NCBI GenBank assembly: GCA_963827235.1
Contig: CAWHAE010000009.1
Location: 704,001 to 768,000 of the forward strand
Direction: 5' to 3'
From: an uncultured bacterium
Lineage (GTDB): Bacteria > Chloroflexota > UBA5177 > JANWHV01
Length of the DNA: 64,000 nt
The position numbers and the translations under genes were made by a program. Shown piece by piece: positions 18,444-27,308 of the stretch; position 1 is the first letter of the stretch, and the number at the start of each line of letters is the position of its first letter. Under the pieces are notes generated by a model. It saw nothing but the letters and a program-made list of their open reading frames with translations, had not been told where the DNA came from and made no database searches.

Positions 18444-20888
18444 TCACAGGGGACAGCTCTCCTTGAACTGTTCGAATAGCCAATCGTCGCCCCGCGTGCG
18501 GCGTCCGGCCAGGGCCGCGCGCCGCTGCCAGACGTCGCTCTCCACGGCATGCGCCAGGGCCTGACCGAAGTCGGAGCTCTTTTGCATCTCGGAGGCGACG
18601 CGCGCGATGCGGTCCTGGCTGAAGTGCAGCAGCGCCACCCGCAGCACGTTGTGCGTGACAATGCCCGGCTTGAGCTTGAGCGGGTTGACGGTGCGGAAGT
18701 AGTGCAGCACGGTGACGTCCGGCACCACCCACACTTCGTAGCCCAACAGCCAGTAGCGGACGCAGAGCTCCATGTCTTCCGAGCCCCACTGTGCCATCCC
18801 TTCGTCGAACCCACCGGCATCGTCCAGAGTCTCACGTCGCATGGCCATGAACCCTCCTCCCAGCGCGGGCACCGGATGAGGCTCGTGCTGCTGCCAGGGC
18901 AGCCATTCCAAGCGCAGATTCAGCTCCGCGATGCGCTGGCCGCAGGCCGCCGGGTACTCTGGCTTGCCCATGACGCCGATCGCCGGGCCCACCACGCCCA
19001 CGCGCGGTAGGTTGAGCGTGGCTACGATCGGCTCCCACCATCGCGCCGGGAGGTCGATGTGCGCATCGGCGAACACGATCACCTCACCGCGCGCCTCCGC
19101 CAGGCCGCGGTTACGCGCCCCAGCCACGCCCAAAGGTTTTGGCGCCCGGATGAGCGACACGCGCGGGTGTGGCTGCTCGATCAGGAAGTCAGCGCTGCCG
19201 TCGATCGACCCGTTGTCGACCACGATGATCTCGCCGTCGGCCGGGATGGTCGCTTCGAACTGCTCGACCGTCCGCTGAAGCAGCACCGACTCGTTCAACG
19301 CCGGCAGGATGACGCTGATGCTAGCCGGGTGCGTGCGCCTGAACAGGCCCGCTGCTGCCTCGTCCGGCAGTGGCGTGGGGGCGGGAATGACGAAGAACGG
19401 TGGCGGGAACGGGATCTCTTCCTCGCGTTGCGGCGCGGGCTCAGTGCTCAGATACTCGAAGACGAGCCGGGCATAGTCGCTGTTCCAGCGTGGATTGAGC
19501 GTGATGCAGCCCTGCCGGACCTGCCCTTGAGAAGCTTGCTCCCGCACATGCGCCGCGATCTGTTCGCGCTCGCGGCCGCTTTGCCCATAGGCACTCAGAT
19601 GGTACGAGCCGGTCCCGGCCCAGCGATAGATATAGAAGATGTCCTCCGGCTTTACCCGCCGGCTCGCGGTAGCTCCCGTGCGCGCCTCCTCGCATCGCCA
19701 CTCGAATCCGGAGTCATAGCCGTTGTCGAGGTGGGGATAACCCTGTGCTTCGACGAAGAGCGCGCGCGTCCAGCAGCTTGCGCCGTGAAAGACGTTGTGC
19801 TCCGGACCGCTCAGCTTCCCGTCGTTCCAGAACCAGGCCCGGTCGGACTTGAGGAACCCTCGTTTCTCGTCGAGATGTGCCACCGAGAAGGACAACCGGT
19901 GGGGGAGATAGATGTCGTCGTCGTGCCAGACGAAGATCAGATCGTGCGATGCGAGCGCCGCCGCTGCCTTGTACTTCTCACCCACGGAGTGAAAGCGCCC
20001 GGGCACATTGATCACCTGCACGTCGGGATGGTCGAATGCCAGCGTCTGCTGGTCGTAGTCGTTGAGGACGATCAGCTCCTTCCGGCCCGGGTAATCCTGC
20101 AGCAAGAAGGAGTGGATTGCTTCTTCCAGCAGATCCACCCGCCCGTACGTGGGGCAGATGCAGCTCACGGGCGGCGGATCGGATAGCCGCGCCGCCCAGT
20201 CGCTCGGCGCAGTCTCCGCATCGCTCCGCGCTACAGGCACCTCCTGCCTCGCCGTGTCTGTATGGCCGCCGCTCAGGCGCCGGACGACCTGTTGCACAGC
20301 AGGATCCTGTACCGCCTGCTCGAATGCCCGCGCATAGGTCTCCGGCTCCGTCGCGGCGACCGGGATCACCACCGGCGTATCCTGCGCTTCGTCGTCCTGG
20401 GAATACGGCACGATGGTGCAGAACGGCTCGCCAGCGGTAAAGCGGACCGTGTGGTGGGGGCGGGTGAGCTTCCAATGGACCACGATCGTGCCGGGGAGCG
20501 CGGACGTATCGGCCATGCTCTCCAGCGGGTACAGGCCATCCTTGGGCGCGTTGATTGGACCGCGTACCCACAGCAGCTGCTTCTCCCCGGTCTGTATCTG
20601 GTAACCGGTATGGAAGCTCAGGATGCCGTCACCAAGCTGGCTGCGCACGAAGCCGGGCGTCTCATCCGTCGTCTGATCGAATCGAATCTCGACGTCGGCG
20701 GCCCGCGAGCCGCCATTCCAGGTCGCCTCAAAGGCCCGAGGGCAGCAGAGCTGCCAGCCGAGGCCGTTCACGCGCCGCCATGCCGGGTTGGCCTGCAGGT
20801 CCTCGTTACCCGTGGCCCACTCCCGCTCCTCGGAGGGCGCTTGCAGGCCGGCCGCCTGTTCGGACAACGCATAGGCTTTGATGGTCAT
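18444..20888 (-). CDS. three-domain protein: DUF6065-like + GT2 + ppGalNAc-T-like GT-A domain
   Basis: N-terminal NGLGWQLCCP..FEATWNGG...G.GILSFH...GPINAPKDGLYPL...WKLTRP...FTAGEPFC. Middle VSCICPTYGR...WHDDDIY. C-terminal FADAHID, WWEPIV, ALGGGFMA, GGFDEGMAQWGSEDMEL, LHYFR. Confidence 0.88.
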   Translation of the reverse strand: MTIKAYALSEQAAGLQAPSEEREWATGNEDLQANPAWRRVNGLGWQLCCPRAFEATWNGGSRAADVEIRFDQTTDETPGFVRSQLGDGILSFHTGYQIQTGEKQLLWVRGPINAPKDGLYPLESMADTSALPGTIVVHWKLTRPHHTVRFTAGEPFCTIVPYSQDDEAQDTPVVIPVAATEPETYARAFEQAVQDPAVQQVVRRLSGGHTDTARQEVPVARSDAETAPSDWAARLSDPPPVSCICPTYGRVDLLEEAIHSFLLQDYPGRKELIVLNDYDQQTLAFDHPDVQVINVPGRFHSVGEKYKAAAALASHDLIFVWHDDDIYLPHRLSFSVAHLDEKRGFLKSDRAWFWNDGKLSGPEHNVFHGASCWTRALFVEAQGYPHLDNGYDSGFEWRCEEARTGATASRRVKPEDIFYIYRWAGTGSYHLSAYGQSGREREQIAAHVREQASQGQVRQGCITLNPRWNSDYARLVFEYLSTEPAPQREEEIPFPPPFFVIPAPTPLPDEAAAGLFRRTHPASISVILPALNESVLLQRTVEQFEATIPADGEIIVVDNGSIDGSADFLIEQPHPRVSLIRAPKPLGVAGARNRGLAEARGEVIVFADAHIDLPARWWEPIVATLNLPRVGVVGPAIGVMGKPEYPAACGQRIAELNLRLEWLPWQQHEPHPVPALGGGFMAMRRETLDDAGGFDEGMAQWGSEDMELCVRYWLLGYEVWVVPDVTVLHYFRTVNPLKLKPGIVTHNVLRVALLHFSQDRIARVASEMQKSSDFGQALAHAVESDVWQRRAALAGRRTRGDDWLFEQFKESCPL

Positions 20889-21065
20889 CGCCGGGCTGGC
20901 TCCCATATGCAGTTGCAGGCCGCAAGCGCACCTCCGCGAGGTGCCGGGCCGAGAACAGAGCAGGGGAAGTGAGCAACCCACCGGCCTTTGCCCTGCCGAC
21001 TGCGTTGCTCTCGGAGCATAGCATATCGTGAGCGATGTGCTCAACAGGTACGGCTGCCCGGGGGG

Positions 21066-21623
21066 TCAGCTCGTGCCGTGCTCCGCTTCCCAGGTCCTCG
21101 GCGGCCCGATGGTGGCACCCTTCGGCCCAAATCGCTCGACGTACCGGCCATGCACGGCATGCCAACCCTCGCCGGGTTTCCACGATGCCGTACCGGCGAG
21201 GTGCATCTCGAGACCATCCAGGCAGTCGTGCCAGCCGGCGGCGTCCCGAGCGGCTTTGCCTTGCTCGTCGAATGTGTCGAGCAGCGTCAGCACGCAGCCC
21301 TGCCCCTCCGGCATAACCTCCAGGCGAATGGTGTCGGTTCCCCAGCGGAACTCGATCACGGATGGCGGCTCGCAGGCAAGCACCTCGCCCTCGAAGTCGC
21401 CGTACTTGGAGATGAATCGCAGCGGCGCGCCGGCGACCCACGAGCCGACGACGTGTTGCGGAAACCAGGCGTCGAGATGCTTGGATTCGGTGAGAGCGCG
21501 CCAAACCTTCTCCGTAGGGTAGGTCAAGCGGCGGGTAAATCGCAGTCGCCAACGCGCTCCGGCCGGCTCGAGCACGCCGTCCCTGTCGTCGCTTCCCCCG
21601 GCCTCCGGCTCGCGATCATTCAT
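21066..21623 (-). CDS. SRPBCC (AHSA1-like) domain protein
   Basis: LRFTRRLTYPTEKVWRALT...LDAWF...EPPSVIEFRW...AAGWHDCLDGL. Confidence 0.9.
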   Translation of the reverse strand: MNDREPEAGGSDDRDGVLEPAGARWRLRFTRRLTYPTEKVWRALTESKHLDAWFPQHVVGSWVAGAPLRFISKYGDFEGEVLACEPPSVIEFRWGTDTIRLEVMPEGQGCVLTLLDTFDEQGKAARDAAGWHDCLDGLEMHLAGTASWKPGEGWHAVHGRYVERFGPKGATIGPPRTWEAEHGTS

Positions 21624-21930
21624 CGTCGTCCATCTCCTTCAGGTGACGCTCGAGGTCGTCGAGGCCGAGGCCCCAGAGGACTCGGTATGGTGCCAGCCAG
21701 TCGTCGATCTCGCGAAGCGCTGCCGGGCGCAGGCGATAAAGGCGCCGTTGAGCATCGACTCGCGCCTCGACCAGCCCGGCTTCGCGCAGCACGCGGAGGT
21801 GCTTGGAAACGGCCGGCTGGCTCACGGTCAGTCCCTCGACCAGATCACCGACCGGCCGCTCTCCAGCCCGGAGCAGATCCAGGATCCGCCGCCGATTGGG
21901 CTCTGCCAGTACCGCGAACGCCGTGTTCAT
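21616..21930 (-). CDS. ArsR/SmtB family transcriptional regulator
   Basis: FAVLAEPNRRRILDLL...SQPAVSKHLRVLREAGLV. Overlaps the SRPBCC gene, a classic pair. Confidence 0.93.
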   Translation of the reverse strand: MNTAFAVLAEPNRRRILDLLRAGERPVGDLVEGLTVSQPAVSKHLRVLREAGLVEARVDAQRRLYRLRPAALREIDDWLAPYRVLWGLGLDDLERHLKEMDDDE

Positions 21931-21950
21931 GGCTATTATGTTCCTCTATA

Positions 21951-21976
21951 GATATATAATTGTCAAAACATATATC
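21951..21976. promoter_or_regulatory. AT-rich inverted repeat containing TTGACA, putative ArsR operator
   Basis: GATATAT-N12-ATATATC just upstream of the arsR-like start; minus-strand TTGACA at 21966-21961. Confidence 0.45.
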
Positions 21977-22290
21977 GGGAGGCCGTTCGCGGTCGGGCGC
22001 GGTAGCCTCGATGCGGGTGCCGTCATGGGCCGGTGTGGAAAACCAGTGGCTGCAGTGGGTCGATGTACCATAGGCAGTATGGCGCGCCCGCGCGCACGGT
22101 GGCCGGGACTGCTCGTTCGCCGGCACGTGCCGTGTTCTTCGCTACCGGCCGCGCGGCCGGCCCGGTGCCGGCTGCATGACGCCACGGGCGGGCCCATGGC
22201 TCACTGCTTTGAGGTGAGGCATGAGAGAGGCTTCCTGCTTCCCAAGGAGGAGCGCTTTCGACTGCCTCGTGAACAGATGTGGAGTACGAC

Positions 22291-23055
22291 ATGATCGAAG
22301 CCCCTGCCGGCGACCGCTTCCTGGCCTGGGAAGGCTGCTGTAACATCCGCGACCTGGGCGGACTGGCCGCGGCGGACGGTACCAGGATCAGACGCGGCGC
22401 TCTCGTGAGGTCCGATAGCCCTTGCCGGTTGACCGCGGCCGGCCGGGCGGCGCTCGTGGCGCACGGCGTTCGCACGGTGCTCGACTTGCGCGCCAGCGAC
22501 GAGCTGGCGCGGCTGCCCAACCCGTTCGCCGTGCAGACGGCCGAGGAGGGCTGGCCGTGCTTCGTACACGTGCCGCTGTTCGAGATGAGCGATACCGCGA
22601 CGGTCGCGGCGCTGGACGAGGATCGGGATCAGTACGGCCCCAACAAGGCGCTGCTCGACCGCTGCGGCTCCGCAGTCGCCGCAGCGCTGCGCGCCATCGT
22701 CGCGGCACCGGAGGGAGGCGTGCTTGTACATTGTTTTGCCGGCAAGGATCGCACCGGCCTGGTGGTCGCCCTGACACTGGCCGTGTCGGGAGTAGCGGCG
22801 GAGACGATAGCCGCCGACTACGCGCTGAGCGATGCCTACCTGAAGCCCATTTACGAGGAGATGCTCGCAGAATGCGACGGCGACGAGGAGGCGATCGCCA
22901 GGATGACGCTCCGCTTCCGCTCCGATCCCGCCGTCATGCTGCGGACGCTGGCGTATCTGGATTGGAAGCACGGCGGGCCCGAGGGCTACCTGCGCGGTTT
23001 CGGGCTCACGACGGGCGATCTGGCCGCCCTGCGCCGGCGCGTTCTGGAAGCGTAG
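22291..23055 (+). CDS. tyrosine-protein phosphatase (Y_phosphatase3/IphP-like)
   Basis: NIRDLGG, LVRSD, TVLDLR, P-loop HCFAGKDRTG, ADYALS. Confidence 0.92.
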   Translation: MIEAPAGDRFLAWEGCCNIRDLGGLAAADGTRIRRGALVRSDSPCRLTAAGRAALVAHGVRTVLDLRASDELARLPNPFAVQTAEEGWPCFVHVPLFEMSDTATVAALDEDRDQYGPNKALLDRCGSAVAAALRAIVAAPEGGVLVHCFAGKDRTGLVVALTLAVSGVAAETIAADYALSDAYLKPIYEEMLAECDGDEEAIARMTLRFRSDPAVMLRTLAYLDWKHGGPEGYLRGFGLTTGDLAALRRRVLEA

Positions 23056-24601
23056 CGGCAAGCTCGGGCGTGCCGCCGCCGGTCATGAGGATGCCCAGCT
23101 TCTCTTCCGTGGCTTCCTCCGCGGTGAACTCGCCCATGATATGGCCCTCGTAGATCACGATGATGCGATCCGAGAGGGCGAAGATCTCCTCGAGCTCGGC
23201 GGAGACCAGCAAAATGGCCACGCCGCGGTCGCGTTCGGCCAGAATGCGCTCGTGCACGAACTGGATGGCGCCGATGTCGAGGCCGCGCGTCGGCTGTGCG
23301 GCGATGAGCAGACGAGGCGCGCAGTCGATCTCGCGGGCGAGCACGAGCTTTTGCTGATTGCCGCCGGACAGCGAGCGGACGGGCGTCTCGGGATCGGCGC
23401 CCCTGATGTCGAAACGCTCTACCAGCCGCCGTGCACGCGTGATGATCTGGCCGGGACGCAGCACACGACCGCCGGTCACCTCGCGCTTGTCCTGTACGCC
23501 GAGAATGAGGTTGTTGGCGACCGAATAGTCCAGGATCAGGCCGCGCGCATGGCGATCTTCGGGAATCGAGGCCAGGCCAAGGTCGCGGCAAAGGCGCGGG
23601 CTCTTGTTCGCGATCTCGTGACCGAGCAGGGTGATGTGGCCGCCGGTGGCATGGCGCAGACCGGTGATCACGTCTACGAGCTCGCTCTGGCCGTTCCCTT
23701 CCACACCGGCCACGCCCAGCACTTCGCCAGCGTGCACGGTGAAGTTGAGGCCCTTCAGCGCGCTGAGGCCGCGATCGGACGAGCAGTGCAGGTCGCTGAC
23801 CTCGAGCACGGCCTCCGCCGGATGCCCGGTGCCGCGCACGACCTGGGGCAGCACGTCGCGTCCCACCATCAGCTTGGAGATCTCCTCGCGCGACGTCGCC
23901 GTCTTTTCGAGCGTGGCAACTTTCCTGCCGCGCCGCAACACCGAAATCTGGTCCGCAACGGCCATTACCTCGCGCAGCTTGTGGCTGATGAAGAGAATTG
24001 TCTTGTCCTGCCGCACCAGGTCGCGCAGCACGACGAAGAGCTCGTCGGTCTCCTGCGGCGTCAGCACGGCAGTCGGCTCGTCGAGGATGAGGATCTCCGC
24101 GCCACGGTACAGCGTCTTGAGGATCTCGACACGCTGCTGCAACCCGACCGGCAAGCTGCCGACCTTCGCGGTAGGCTCGACCTTGAGGCCGAAACGGTCG
24201 CAGAGCTCCACCACGCGGCTGATCGCTTCCCGCTTGGGAAACACCGCCACGGCAGGCGGCTCCGCACCCAGTACCACGTTCTCGGCCACGGTGAGCGGCG
24301 GTATCAGCATGAAATGCTGGTGCACCATGCCGATGCCGTGCTTGATGGCATCGCCCGGGCCGCGCAGCGTGACCTTGTGGCCATTGATCGCGATCTCGCC
24401 GCTGTCAGCGACGTACAGGCCGTAGAGCATGTTCATCAGCGTGCTCTTGCCGGCACCGTTTTCGCCGACCAGGGCATGGATGCTGCCCCGTTGTACGACG
24501 AGGTCGATGTTGTCGTCGGCCACCAGGGACCCGAAGGTCTTGGTGATGCCGCGCATCTCCACGGCCGGCGGCGTACCCGAGGCGCTACTTGGCTGGATCA
24601 T
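23006..24601 (-). CDS. nucleoside/sugar ABC transporter ATP-binding protein (CUT2, NupA-like)
   Basis: GENGAGKST, GIGMVHQHFML, LDEPTAVLTPQE, LSGGNQQK, QPTRGLD. Confidence 0.93.
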   Translation of the reverse strand: MIQPSSASGTPPAVEMRGITKTFGSLVADDNIDLVVQRGSIHALVGENGAGKSTLMNMLYGLYVADSGEIAINGHKVTLRGPGDAIKHGIGMVHQHFMLIPPLTVAENVVLGAEPPAVAVFPKREAISRVVELCDRFGLKVEPTAKVGSLPVGLQQRVEILKTLYRGAEILILDEPTAVLTPQETDELFVVLRDLVRQDKTILFISHKLREVMAVADQISVLRRGRKVATLEKTATSREEISKLMVGRDVLPQVVRGTGHPAEAVLEVSDLHCSSDRGLSALKGLNFTVHAGEVLGVAGVEGNGQSELVDVITGLRHATGGHITLLGHEIANKSPRLCRDLGLASIPEDRHARGLILDYSVANNLILGVQDKREVTGGRVLRPGQIITRARRLVERFDIRGADPETPVRSLSGGNQQKLVLAREIDCAPRLLIAAQPTRGLDIGAIQFVHERILAERDRGVAILLVSAELEEIFALSDRIIVIYEGHIMGEFTAEEATEEKLGILMTGGGTPELAATLPERAGAGRPDRPS

Positions 24602-25511
24602 AGGGCACTCCATCGGCAGCGGGCGAAACCGCGCGGCCGACAAACCCGGCCACCGCGATCAGCGTGATCAGGTAGGGCGCGATCTGCACGAGGTTCCCGG
24701 CAAAGCTTGGCTGCACCACGAGCCCGGACGTCTGGATCTGCTGGCCGAAGCCGAAGAGCAAGCAGGCGGCGAGCGCGCCGAGCGGCGTCCATTTGCCCAC
24801 GATCATAGCGGCAAGCGCGATGAACCCAGCGCCGGCCGTCATGTCGAAGTTGAAGTCGTCGTTGGGACCAAGCGACAGGTAGGCGCCCCCGAGCCCCGCC
24901 AGGGCGCCGCTCAGCGTTACGCACAGGTACCGGAGGGCGAACACGTTGATGCCGACGGTCTCGGCTGCCCTCGGCTGCTCGCCTACGGCGCGGATGCGCA
25001 GCCCCAGCGTCGTGCTGAACAGCAGCACGTTCGTGGCCACGACCAGGAACAGCATGATGTAGACGATGATGTTCTGCTGGCCGAGCACCGGCCCAACACC
25101 GGGGATCGCCGAGAGCCCGGGAATCTTGACGTCCGGCACCCCCGGCATATTGGAGAAGCCGTTCGCGGCGTACGTGGCGTAGAGGAAGCTGGTCAGTCCT
25201 GTACCGATCAGATTGATGGCCACGCCGCTGATGATCTGGTCCGCGCGAAAGGTGATCGCGACGACGCCGTGGACGAAGGCGACGAGGGCGCCGAACAGGA
25301 TGGCGGCCAGCAGGCCGAGCCAGGGACTGCCGGTGCTGAACGAGAGCCAGGCGCCGAAGAAGGCGCCGACCAGCATGATCCCTTCAAGCCCGATGTTGAC
25401 AACTCCCGAGCGCTCCGTGATCACGCCGCCCAGCGCAGCCAGCGCCAACGGCGTCGCGGTGCGGAGAATGCCCGCGTAGAAGTCGCTGTACGTCAGAACC
25501 GTCCAGTCCAT
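24585..25511 (-). CDS. nucleoside ABC transporter permease (NupC-like)
   Basis: ATPLALAALGG..ERSGVVNIGLEG; GLRIRAVGE.P.AA..GI. Confidence 0.92.
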   Translation of the reverse strand: MDWTVLTYSDFYAGILRTATPLALAALGGVITERSGVVNIGLEGIMLVGAFFGAWLSFSTGSPWLGLLAAILFGALVAFVHGVVAITFRADQIISGVAINLIGTGLTSFLYATYAANGFSNMPGVPDVKIPGLSAIPGVGPVLGQQNIIVYIMLFLVVATNVLLFSTTLGLRIRAVGEQPRAAETVGINVFALRYLCVTLSGALAGLGGAYLSLGPNDDFNFDMTAGAGFIALAAMIVGKWTPLGALAACLLFGFGQQIQTSGLVVQPSFAGNLVQIAPYLITLIAVAGFVGRAVSPAADGVPYDPAK

Positions 25512-25566
25512 GTACCTTCCTCGTCCAGCAGCTTGGCGCCGCTCGCTTCCGGCGTCTCCCGCCTAC

Positions 25567-27060
25567 TCAGCTGCCACCGATGGGCAGTGGCACAAGATAC
25601 TTGTTGATTGTCATGCCCAGGGCCAGGCACACGACGCAGTATGCGAGCACCAGAACGACGCCTCGTGTCGGCCTGCGCTGGCTCACGATATACAGCGCGG
25701 CGAATGCAAACGCGATGCCCGAGAAGGCGTAATGGCTGAACAGGATCGAGCCGGTAGCGAGCACGACAGAGAGCACCGCCAGGCCTCGCCAAGCCTGTGC
25801 GGCAGCGGCGACGGGAGTCTCGGCGGCGGTCGCATCCGTTCCGGCATTGCCGCCGGCGACGACGACGAGTCGCCTTCGCCGCGCCAGGAGCTTGCGCACC
25901 ACGAGATCCAGCGCGACGAACAGTACGATGATGCCCTGCAAGAGCTGGGTCATGTAGGCGTTCACGTGTCCCAGGCTCTGCATGTCGTTGCTGCCCGTGT
26001 GCAGCCCGGCGATGAGCAGTGCGGAGAGCACGATGCCGATCGGGTTGCCCTTGCCAAGCAGGGCGATCGTGATGCCGTCGAAGCCCCATCCCGGCGTGGA
26101 GCTGCTCTGGAACTGGAAGGCACCGCTGCCTGTGGGATCGGAAACGGCCACGCCGCCGGCCAGACCGGCCAGCGCTCCGGCAATGGCCATGGCCTGCACG
26201 ATCCGGTGCTTGACCGGGATACCGCCGTAGGCGGCCGCGCCGGCGTTGAGTCCCACGGCACGGATCTCGTAGCCCAGACTGGTGCGGGATATCACCAGCC
26301 AGTAGAGCACGACGGCGGCAATCGCGAGGTAGATTCCGGCGTGTATGGTGCTGCTGCTGCCGAGCCAGCTGAGGAGCGGCAGCCTGCCGCCGTCGCCGAT
26401 CTGCTCGCTGACCGCTTGGCCCTGCGCCTTGGCGGAGTTCATCGGACCGCCGATGGTGACCATGGACGTCGTGCCGTAGATTGCGATCCAGTTGAGCATG
26501 ATCGTGCTGATCACTTCGTGAGCGCCGCGGTATGCCTTCAGATAGCCGGCGATGCCGCCCCAGACCAGGCCCGCCAATACCGACGAGAGGAGAACGAGCG
26601 GCAGCAGAACTACGGCGGGCGCCGAGGCGAAGGTGACGCCCGCCCAGGCGGCGGCGATCGCCCCCACGAATACCTGGCCCTCACCTCCAATGTTGAAGAG
26701 GCCGCCGCGAAAGGCGAACGCTACGGCGAGACCCGTGAAGACGAGCGGGATGGCCTGGTCGACCGTGGCCGAGACGGTGCTCAGATCCGGCGCACCGAGA
26801 GCGCCGGTAAACAGGCTGGCAAAGGCATTGAAGGGGTAGTTCAGGATCTGACCGAGCGCATAGAGGGTCAGTCCGTGCTTGCCGATCACTCCAAACGGAT
26901 TGGCATTCGTGGCGATTATCAGCAGCGATCCGGCAAGCACGGCACACCCGAGCGTAATGCTGGTAACGGCGCTCTCGGTCACGAGCCGCCGCGCGACCCT
27001 GGCCCACATGCCGGTGCGGCCTTCTGTTCCGTCCTGCTGGGAGCTCAGTGCTACCGCCAA
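25567..27060 (-). CDS. nucleoside ABC transporter permease (NupB-like) with extra C-terminal hydrophobic segment
   Basis: GLAVAFAFRGGLFNIGGEGQ, HEVISTIMLN, GYEIRAVGLN, GFDGITIALLG. Confidence 0.9.
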   Translation of the reverse strand: MAVALSSQQDGTEGRTGMWARVARRLVTESAVTSITLGCAVLAGSLLIIATNANPFGVIGKHGLTLYALGQILNYPFNAFASLFTGALGAPDLSTVSATVDQAIPLVFTGLAVAFAFRGGLFNIGGEGQVFVGAIAAAWAGVTFASAPAVVLLPLVLLSSVLAGLVWGGIAGYLKAYRGAHEVISTIMLNWIAIYGTTSMVTIGGPMNSAKAQGQAVSEQIGDGGRLPLLSWLGSSSTIHAGIYLAIAAVVLYWLVISRTSLGYEIRAVGLNAGAAAYGGIPVKHRIVQAMAIAGALAGLAGGVAVSDPTGSGAFQFQSSSTPGWGFDGITIALLGKGNPIGIVLSALLIAGLHTGSNDMQSLGHVNAYMTQLLQGIIVLFVALDLVVRKLLARRRRLVVVAGGNAGTDATAAETPVAAAAQAWRGLAVLSVVLATGSILFSHYAFSGIAFAFAALYIVSQRRPTRGVVLVLAYCVVCLALGMTINKYLVPLPIGGS

Positions 27061-27262
27061 ACGCTATTCCCCAATCTTACGCAGACGAGGCGCATCCGCG
27101 CGACGACTCAGTTGAACCGCGGCCAGCAAGCACGACTCTGATACAGCAGTACCAGATCCAGTGTTGATGATACCCACCGGCGCCGAGCACACAAGCAAGC
27201 CGGAGATTCTTCCCTACCCGCTGCCGTCACCCTATGTGCCGGGTGCTAGGTCAGAGCGATTG

Positions 27263-27299
27263 GCTGCCCGGGAGCGCGACTGCCGCGCTCCCGGGCAGC
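27263..27299. terminator. 16-bp stem-loop downstream of the binding-protein gene
   Basis: GCTGCCCGGGAGCGCG-ACTGC-CGCGCTCCCGGGCAGC. Confidence 0.6.
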
Positions 27300-27308
27300 G
27301 GTTGACGG

